IMG/VR virus record: IMGVR_UViG_2671180405_000013
DNA: 7,800 nucleotides
Direction: 5' to 3' (one strand)
From: a virus
Taxonomy: Duplodnaviria > Heunggongvirae > Uroviricota > Caudoviricetes
Below, in pieces: positions 1 to 5,122 of this stretch. The notes under the pieces are model-generated. The model did no database searches. It had not been told where the DNA came from and saw only the letters and a list, made by a program, of their open reading frames with translations. The position numbers and the translations under genes were made by a program. Positions within the stretch are counted from its first letter, which is position 1. The number at the start of each line of letters is the position of its first letter.

Positions 1-9
1 GTTTCTACA

Positions 10-32
10 ACCCGCCGCCGAGCGGGTTTTTT
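10..32 (+). terminator. Intrinsic terminator, tR'-like (copy 1)
   Basis: GC stem acccgc/gcgggt around loop cgccga, then TTTTTT. Window positions 1-33 match 2225-2257, which lies directly downstream of a PR'-like promoter. Confidence 0.55.
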
Positions 33-152
33 ATGACTGAAATCGCGTCAGTACAGTAAACGCGCTGGTGGCGGTGAATACCTGTCTTTCAGCTTGCTGG
101 CTTTTTCGACAAGAGTTATTGGTGTGTCACGTTAACCGGAAAAGGAAAAGAC

Positions 153-350
153 ATGCTAAAACAGCAGGATATGACAGAAACCGCCAGAGTGGTGTTTAAT
201 GAATTAAGCGTTACCGAACCGGCGACAGTCGGGGAGATAGCGCAGAATACTTACCTTTCACGCGAACGCTGCCAGTTAATACTGACCCAGCTGGTTATGG
301 CGGGTCTGGCAGACTATCAGTTCGGTTGTTACAGACGCCTTCCGCAGTGA
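153..350 (+). CDS. Small hypothetical protein, 65 aa, possible winged-helix DNA-binding fold
   Basis: ATG at 153 preceded by AAGGAAAAG Shine-Dalgarno-like sequence. The segment TVGEIAQNTYLSRERCQLILTQLVMAGLADY resembles small wHTH regulators; that is inference from the translation only. Confidence 0.5.
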   Translation: MLKQQDMTETARVVFNELSVTEPATVGEIAQNTYLSRERCQLILTQLVMAGLADYQFGCYRRLPQ

Positions 351-360
351 AGGCTTTTTT
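337..360 (+). terminator. Intrinsic terminator overlapping the stop codon of the 153-350 ORF
   Basis: Stem gccttc (337-342) / gaaggc (349-354), 6-nt loop, then TTTTTT at 355-360. Confidence 0.45.
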
Positions 361-377
361 ATTTGTGGTAAATGGGC

Positions 378-408
378 GGCTGGTGGGTGTTAGGGGCACC
401 CACCAGCC
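378..408. promoter_or_regulatory. Perfect 12-bp inverted repeat (hairpin) in the methyltransferase leader
   Basis: ggctggtgggtg (378-389) pairs perfectly with cacccaccagcc (397-408) around a 7-nt loop; no T-tract follows. A second 7-bp hairpin lies at 450-468. Confidence 0.4.
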
Positions 409-500
409 ATCTGCTCATGCGTTGGGTTCACAAGCAAACCTCAGGCCCACTGCTTTGCGCAAAAGCAGAATGAGCCTATCAGAGACAGGCTTAATGATCC

Positions 501-1559
501 ATGCTTAATGCTGTAAAAATATCCAGTTGTGAGTTAATCAACGCCGACTGCCTGGAATTTATCCGGTCGTTACCCGAAAATTCTGTTGACCTGATAGTCA
601 CGGACCCGCCGTACTTTAAAGTGAAGCCTGAGGGCTGGGATAACCAGTGGAAGGGCGACGATGATTACCTGAAGTGGCTGGACCAGTGTCTGGCGCAGTT
701 CTGGCGGGTGCTGAAACCTGCCGGAAGTCTTTACCTGTTCTGTGGTCATCGCCTGGCATCTGATATCGAAATCATGATGCGTGAACGCTTCAGTGTGCTG
801 AACCATATTATCTGGGCGAAGCCGTCCGGACGCTGGAACGGATGCAACAAGGAAAGCCTGCGGGCGTATTTCCCCGCCACAGAGCGCATTCTGTTCGCGG
901 AACATTATCAGGGGCCGTATCGTCCGAAAGATGCCGGGTATGCGGCGAAGGGCAGTGCACTGAAACAGCATGTGATGGCCCCGCTGATTTCTTACTTTCG
1001 TGATGCGCGAGCTGCCCTGGGGATAACGGCAAAACAGATTGCAGATGCCACAGGAAAGAAAAACATGGTGTCGCACTGGTTCAGTGCCGGTCAGTGGCAG
1101 TTGCCGAATGAAAGCGATTATCTGAAATTACAGGCGCTGTTTGCCCGGGTGGCAGAAGAGAAGCATCGGCGTGGTGAACTGGAAAAGCTCCACCACCAGC
1201 TGGTGGATACGTATACCTCACTGAACCGGCAGTATGCGGAGCTGCTGAGTGAATATAAACATCTGCGGCGGTATTTTGGCGTGACGGTGCAGGTGCCGTA
1301 TACCGATGTGTGGACGCATAAACCGGTGCAGTTCTATCCCGGGAAACATCCGTGCGAAAAACCGGCAGAAATGCTGCAGCAGATAATCAGCGCTAGCAGT
1401 CGTCCGGGTGACCTGATTGCAGATTTTTTCATGGGGTTGGGTTCGACAGTGAAAGCGGCACTGGCGCTCGGGCGTCGTGCAATTGGCGTTGAGCTGGAGA
1501 CTGAACGTTTTGAGCAGACGGTTCGGGAAGTACAGGATTTAGTCAGCCAGAACGGATGA
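501..1559 (+). CDS. DNA methyltransferase, beta-class amino-MTase (N6-adenine or N4-cytosine), orphan
   Basis: 352-aa ORF with motif IV DPPY near the N-terminus (LIVTDPPYF) and motif I FxGxG near the C-terminus (DFFMGLGST), the beta-class order. No restriction endonuclease gene is adjacent in the window. Confidence 0.85.
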   Translation: MLNAVKISSCELINADCLEFIRSLPENSVDLIVTDPPYFKVKPEGWDNQWKGDDDYLKWLDQCLAQFWRVLKPAGSLYLFCGHRLASDIEIMMRERFSVLNHIIWAKPSGRWNGCNKESLRAYFPATERILFAEHYQGPYRPKDAGYAAKGSALKQHVMAPLISYFRDARAALGITAKQIADATGKKNMVSHWFSAGQWQLPNESDYLKLQALFARVAEEKHRRGELEKLHHQLVDTYTSLNRQYAELLSEYKHLRRYFGVTVQVPYTDVWTHKPVQFYPGKHPCEKPAEMLQQIISASSRPGDLIADFFMGLGSTVKAALALGRRAIGVELETERFEQTVREVQDLVSQNG

Positions 1560-1599
1560 TATTGAAGAATTAATTACGCGTCGTTATTATGCGGCTCCC

Positions 1600-1675
1600 G
1601 GCCCTTTAGCTCAGTGGTGAGAGCGAGCGACTCATAATCGCCAGGTCGCTGGTTCAAATCCAGCAAGGGCCACCA
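1600..1675 (+). tRNA. ileZ: tRNA with anticodon CAU (Ile2/Met type), ileZ-like
   Basis: Hand-folded cloverleaf: acceptor ggccctt/aagggcc, U8, D stem gctc/gagc, anticodon loop ctCATaa, T-loop ttcaaat, discriminator A, encoded CCA. Confidence 0.85.
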
Positions 1676-1682
1676 TCACATA

Positions 1683-1759
1683 CCGCCATTAGCTCATCAG
1701 GAAAGAGCGCCAGCCTTCGAAGCTGGCTGCGCGGGGTTCAAGTCCCCGATGGCGGTCCA
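1683..1759 (+). tRNA. argN: tRNA-Arg, anticodon UCG, argN-like
   Basis: Acceptor ccgccat/atggcgg, D stem gctc/gagc, anticodon stem ccagc/gctgg with loop ctTCGaa, T stem cgggg/ccccg with loop ttcaagt, encoded CCA. Confidence 0.8.
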
Positions 1760-1772
1760 TTATCTGCATCAT

Positions 1773-1849
1773 GCGTTGTTAGCTCAGCCGGACAGAGCAA
1801 TTGCCTTCTAAGCAATCGGTCACTGGTTCGAATCCAGTACAACGCGCCA
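1773..1849 (+). tRNA. argO: tRNA-Arg, anticodon UCU, argO-like
   Basis: Acceptor gcgttgt/acaacgc, anticodon stem attgc/gcaat with loop ctTCTaa, T-loop ttcgaat, encoded CCA. Confidence 0.85.
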
Positions 1850-1863
1850 CACTTATTTTCCCT

Positions 1864-1889
1864 GGCTCGCTTTTGCGGGCCTTTTTTTT
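1864..1889 (+). terminator. Intrinsic terminator downstream of the tRNA cluster
   Basis: Stem ggctcgc/gcgggcc (one U-G pair), loop tttt, followed by 8 T. Confidence 0.6.
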
Positions 1890-1892
1890 AAA

Positions 1893-2152
1893 TGTCTCAC
1901 AATTCAGACGGTTGACAGTTGTCTGTTTTGCGGGGAGTTTGTTAAAAGAAACTGGCATGGTGAATCCCCCTGTGCGGAGGGGCAATCAGCGAGTAGGTAT
2001 ATGGGATAATCGCGGATTCAGGTGCTGGTACTGAATTCACCGGGAGGCACCCGGCATCATGCAATGGCACATAGCGCCACTCTCCAGCCCTCTCCGGAGG
2101 GGCTTTTCTGTGCCGGATACATCACAGTTTCTGGAACCTTAGGTACTACAGT
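1893..2152 (+). repeat. Repeat family X, copy A (terminator-capped structured element; candidate sRNA unit)
   Basis: Positions 1917-2152 are identical to 4215-4450. Contains the TCACAATTCAG motif, a TTGACA box, closing helix catggtg (1956-1962) / catcatg (2055-2061), internal hairpins, and a terminator hairpin at 2087-2108 followed by TTTTCT. Confidence 0.7.
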
Positions 2153-2158
2153 NCTAGG

Positions 2159-2186
2159 TTGATTTTTCCGGAATCTGTGGTAAATT
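2159..2186 (+). promoter_or_regulatory. PR'-like late promoter (sigma70, extended -10)
   Basis: -35 TTGATT (2159-2164), 16-bp spacer, TGg + TAAATT (2178-2186), the same -10 hexamer as phage lambda PR'. A -10-like TAACTAT lies in the initial transcribed region and terminator copy 2 sits about 45 nt downstream, matching the lambda PR' to tR' short-transcript layout. Confidence 0.5.
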
Positions 2187-2234
2187 CGTCATAACTATGG
2201 GCGTTTTATGCCTGACGTTAGAAGAGTTTCTACA

Positions 2235-2257
2235 ACCCGCCGCCGAGCGGGTTTTTT
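2235..2257 (+). terminator. Intrinsic terminator, tR'-like (copy 2)
   Basis: Same hairpin and T-tract as at 10-32. Confidence 0.55.
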
Positions 2258-2296
2258 ATTGCGGAATTAATTACGGACCGTTATTATTCTGCTCCC

Positions 2297-2372
2297 GGCC
2301 CTTTAGCTCAGTGGTGAGAGCGAGCGACTCATAATCGCCAGGTCGCTGGTTCAAATCCAGCAAGGGCCACCA
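2297..2372 (+). tRNA. ileZ: tRNA with anticodon CAU (Ile2/Met type), second copy
   Basis: Same sequence as 1600-1675 with the same cloverleaf and encoded CCA. Confidence 0.85.
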
Positions 2373-2379
2373 TCACAAA

Positions 2380-2459
2380 CCGCCATTAGCTTATCAGGAA
2401 GAGCAGACGACATGATAACAGGGTTGTTGGTGCGGGGGCGGGTCCCCGATGGCGGTCCA
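2380..2459 (+). pseudogene. Degenerate tRNA (argN remnant)
   Basis: Acceptor stem ccgccat/atggcgg and the D-arm are retained, but the anticodon arm and T-arm are replaced by sequence that does not form a cloverleaf and has no T-loop. Confidence 0.5.
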
Positions 2460-2472
2460 TTATCGGTATTCA

Positions 2473-2549
2473 GCGTTGTTAGCTCAGCCGGACAGAGCAA
2501 TTGCCTTCTAAGCAATCGGTCACTGGTTCGAATCCAGTACAGCGCGCCA
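2473..2549 (+). tRNA. argO: tRNA-Arg, anticodon UCU, second copy
   Basis: Matches 1773-1849 except one acceptor-stem change (a to g at 2542) that leaves a U-G pair; anticodon loop ctTCTaa. Confidence 0.85.
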
Positions 2550-2659
2550 TATTCATTCTTCCAGATTCCTTCCGGCAGAGCCTTATACTGAAATATACCT
2601 GGCTCAGGATATTGTTGAAAATATTTTATGTTTGTCAAAAATAAAAGTTCTGTTAAGTA

Positions 2660-3013
2660 TTGATTGAGTGTTTGTTATACGGTCTAATGGTTTTTTCAGC
2701 ATTAAATATTTATCATTCATATGGTGTGGGTAGAGTGAATATTGATGAGGCGTCGGGGTGTTTCATCCTTAGGCAGCGTATTGATATAGTCAATGCAGCA
2801 CGAGCAAAGGCCTTCAGCCGTTTGACAGTTTTGTTCTGTACTCCTGATCGTCTTTCGGGAAGAGACGTTATTATTCTGAATAGTGATGCTATACAGAGGG
2901 TTTGCGATGAGTTCATGGTTGCTAATTCAGAATTATTTGCTCTTGTTCAGGAGTACAACAGAATAGCCAGGACCTGTGGTATGGATGAACTTCGGATTAC
3001 TCATCTGGGGTAG
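2660..3013 (+). CDS. Hypothetical protein, start uncertain (TTG 2660, ATG 2687 or GTG 2735)
   Basis: 354-nt ORF downstream of the second tRNA cluster. No convincing Shine-Dalgarno before any candidate start and no family recognised from the translation. Confidence 0.35.
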   Translation: MIECLLYGLMVFSALNIYHSYGVGRVNIDEASGCFILRQRIDIVNAARAKAFSRLTVLFCTPDRLSGRDVIILNSDAIQRVCDEFMVANSELFALVQEYNRIARTCGMDELRITHLG

Positions 3014-3204
3014 ATACATATCTGGATTATCACCTGTTACGGTAAAAAGTGATTGCTTACTGTTTTTGTGAATGGCATTGCAGCAGCCGGATAATGTCAG
3101 TGCTGGCTGACGGTGTGCTGGTGGCGGGTGTGGTGGTTGTTGCTTTCCCGTTGCTGAAAAAGAAAACGCCAGACTGTTAGCCGGGTATCAGTTAGCGGGA
3201 GAAA

Positions 3205-3428
3205 TTTTTAAATACTTCACAATTCAGGCGGTTGACTGTTGTCTGGTTTGCGGGGAGTTTGTTAAAAGAAACTGGCATGGTGAATCCCCCTGTGCGGAGG
3301 GGCAATCAGCGAGTAGGTATATGGGATAATCGCGGATTCAGGTGCTGGTACTGAATTCACCGGGAGGCACCCGGCACCATGCAATGGCACATAGCGCCAC
3401 TCTCCAGCCCCTCTCCGGAGGGGCTGTT
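3205..3428 (+). repeat. Repeat family X, copy B
   Basis: Same element as copy A with point differences: TTGACT box, closing helix caccatg (perfect pairing), terminator stem gcccctc/gaggggc 7 bp with loop tccg. Confidence 0.7.
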
Positions 3429-3457
3429 TATATTGATTTTGTCAGATGTGAGTAAAC

Positions 3458-3491
3458 TCCTTATGGACTTTGTTGTTTTAGTCCATAAGGA
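3458..3491. repeat. Perfect 11-bp inverted repeat at the left edge of the AT-rich island
   Basis: tccttatggac (3458-3468), 12-nt loop, gtccataagga (3481-3491). It overlaps the last codons of the minus-strand ORF and has no T-tract on either side. Confidence 0.6.
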
Positions 3492-3796
3492 CATATTTGC
3501 AGAGTGCAACGGTTATTAAAGCATTCATTCAATACGTTATCTGTATTTGTAGGGCATTCCTGGCTATTTTTGATTGAATTCCAGAATGTTTTATTGAATG
3601 GTACTACGTTGTAAATGGTTACAGGTAGCACTTTGTTATTGAGCATGATGCCTGTGTGAGTCAGTGTAAATATACTTTCAGGAGGTAAGAAAGCATCCGA
3701 TTGATACCAGATTATTAATTTTATTTTACTCCATATGACTGAAAAAGATATTCCGCATGATGGCTGGATAACTGTATCAATCACAATCCACTTCAT
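3461..3796 (-). CDS. Hypothetical Cys/Trp/Asn-rich protein, 111 aa, island cargo
   Basis: ATG at 3796-3794 preceded by AAGGA with a 6-nt spacer. A 111-codon open frame in very AT-rich DNA is unlikely by chance. Candidate promoter on the minus strand: -10 TATACT (plus 3837-3842), -35 TTTACA (plus 3858-3863), 15-bp spacer. Confidence 0.5.
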   Translation of the reverse strand: MKWIVIDTVIQPSCGISFSVIWSKIKLIIWYQSDAFLPPESIFTLTHTGIMLNNKVLPVTIYNVVPFNKTFWNSIKNSQECPTNTDNVLNECFNNRCTLQICPYGLKQQSP

Positions 3797-4056
3797 TTAG
3801 TTTCCTTGTTTATGCCTTGCTGGTGATGTTCTGAAAAGTATAAATGATATTTTTGAATGTAAACCATAGAGCAGAATTATTTTTCTGATGTTGTTTATTG
3901 TTTATTTAAATGCAGGGTGGTTTATATCTCGTCTTGTAGTTTATCCATGCATATCTGCTTGATAATCAGGTTTTTATTTAAGGTATGGTTTTGTGTTTTT
4001 TCTGTATTACATGTCAGGTATTTTAAAGAATTATTTTTCAGATGGTGGAAAGAACC

Positions 4057-4083
4057 ATGGCATTTAAACACTATGATGTTGTC
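4057..4083 (+). CDS. 5' fragment of a second nanS-p-like gene, truncated by the N gap
   Basis: atggcatttaaacactatgatgttgtc encodes MAFKHYDVV, identical in protein to the start of the 5123 ORF, with two synonymous differences and a different AT-rich upstream region. Confidence 0.5.
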
Positions 4084-4214
4084 NNNNNNNNNNNNNNNNN
4101 NNNNNNNNNNNNNNNNNNNNNNNNNNNNNNNNNNNNNNNNNNNNNNNNNNNNNNNNNNNNNNNNNNNNNNNNNNNNNNNNNNNNNNNNNNNNNNNNNNNN
4201 NNNNNNNNNNNNNN
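4084..4214. other. Assembly gap (131 N)
   Basis: Uninterrupted run of n. Confidence 1.
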
Positions 4215-4450
4215 AGTTGTCTGTTTTGCGGGGAGTTTGTTAAAAGAAACTGGCATGGTGAATCCCCCTGTGCGGAGGGGCAATCAGCGAGTAGGTATAT
4301 GGGATAATCGCGGATTCAGGTGCTGGTACTGAATTCACCGGGAGGCACCCGGCATCATGCAATGGCACATAGCGCCACTCTCCAGCCCTCTCCGGAGGGG
4401 CTTTTCTGTGCCGGATACATCACAGTTTCTGGAACCTTAGGTACTACAGT
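4215..4450 (+). repeat. Repeat family X, copy C (5' end lost in the gap)
   Basis: Identical to 1917-2152. Confidence 0.75.
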
Positions 4451-4596
4451 ATCAGTCAGGGTGCTATATTTTCAGATGTGATGAAAGCCTGTCAGCAGGC
4501 AGGGCGTATCGGAAATGACCCAGTAGAGAAAACGTTGACTCAGATACCGGTGCTGAGTTACCGGGAAACCGGCATCACATGACCGCTATCCTTCCA

Positions 4597-4623
4597 GGCC
4601 CATCCGCTCCGGTGGGCCTTTTT
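4597..4623 (+). terminator. Intrinsic terminator closing a partial X-like unit (4535-4623)
   Basis: Stem ggcccatc/gg(t)gggcc of 8 bp including one U-G pair, loop cgctcc, then TTTTT. The preceding ggtgctgagttaccgggaaaccggcatca aligns with the hairpin region of repeat X. Confidence 0.55.
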
Positions 4624-4660
4624 ACTGCAGAAAACAGGTTCCCCGTTAAATGCTATGTTG

Positions 4661-4895
4661 CTCACAATTCAGTAAGTTGACAGTTGCCTGTCAGACTGGG
4701 CATTTGTTAAAAAAATTTCGCATGGTGAATCCCCCTGAGCGGAGGGGCGACTGGTGACGGTATAATCTCTGATTATCAAAACGAGAATGACGCGGGTTTA
4801 GTGGCACCGGGCTGAACTCACCGGGAGGCACCCGGCACCATGTGCATGATGATACAGATACGCGGCTTTAGCCCCTCTCCGGAGGGGTTTTCTTG
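4661..4895 (+). repeat. Repeat family X, copy D (divergent), ending about 230 nt upstream of nanS-p
   Basis: Retains TCACAATTCAG, the TTGACA box, closing helix catggtg (4721-4727) / caccatg, hairpin ccgggaggcacccgg and terminator cccctc/gagggg + TTTTCTT (4871-4895); sequence between the helices has diverged. Confidence 0.65.
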
Positions 4896-4900
4896 TGGGC

Positions 4901-4929
4901 AAAAAAAGCCCGCGCTGGGAGACGCGGGC
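4901..4929 (-). terminator. Intrinsic terminator readable on the minus strand
   Basis: On the minus strand, stem gcccgcg/cgcgggc (7 bp) with loop tctcccag is followed by TTTTTTT (plus-strand A7 at 4901-4907). Confidence 0.4.
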
Positions 4930-5122
4930 GGCAAGGAATAAACAATAAAACGTGAAGTAATATTTCAGCTGGCGAATAATACCCCATAGTAATCACTCTG
5001 CGCAACTGCGCGGTCTTTTTCGAATTGCGGGCTGTCGTCTCTCTTCTGCCATTGTCCTGTAACTTCCGGACTTCAGCCCGCTCCTTATTTTACTCACAAT
5101 ATTATCCCGGCCGGGAGGATTC

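Noticed and set aside
326-508. 60-aa plus-strand ORF with TTG start
   Set aside because: It runs through the terminator and both hairpins of the methyltransferase leader and ends inside the methyltransferase start. A structured leader is the more economical explanation.
570-1076. Minus-strand ORFs of 168 aa (570-1076) and 74 aa (808-1032)
   Set aside because: They lie entirely antisense within the methyltransferase gene, which has clear catalytic motifs. They have no start signals and are typical shadow ORFs of GC-rich coding sequence.
1779-2034. ORFs 1779-1985 (minus) and 1801-2034 (plus)
   Set aside because: They overlap the argO-type tRNA and repeat copy A. The same frames are not preserved in the divergent repeat copy D.
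2351-2638. 95-aa minus-strand ORF
   Set aside because: It lies antisense across the second tRNA cluster.
2713-2916. 67-aa minus-strand ORF
   Set aside because: It is nested antisense inside the longer 2660-3013 frame and has no ribosome-binding site; kept only as an alternative if the plus-strand call fails.
3917-4332. ORFs 3917-4243 (plus), 4042-4332 (plus) and 4071-4283 (minus)
   Set aside because: All three are read across the N gap, so their lengths are artefacts. Only the in-frame nanS-like start at 4057-4083 is informative.
1893-4895. Repeat family considered as a CRISPR array or insertion-sequence copies
   Set aside because: Units are about 230 nt, irregularly spaced, with no short direct-repeat/spacer periodicity. 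There is no transposase ORF or terminal inverted repeats, and each unit ends in a terminator.
1850-5122. Searched the frames for Shiga toxin A or B subunit-like products
   Set aside because: No frame in the resolved sequence gives a Stx-like protein. Absence inside the N gap cannot be excluded.
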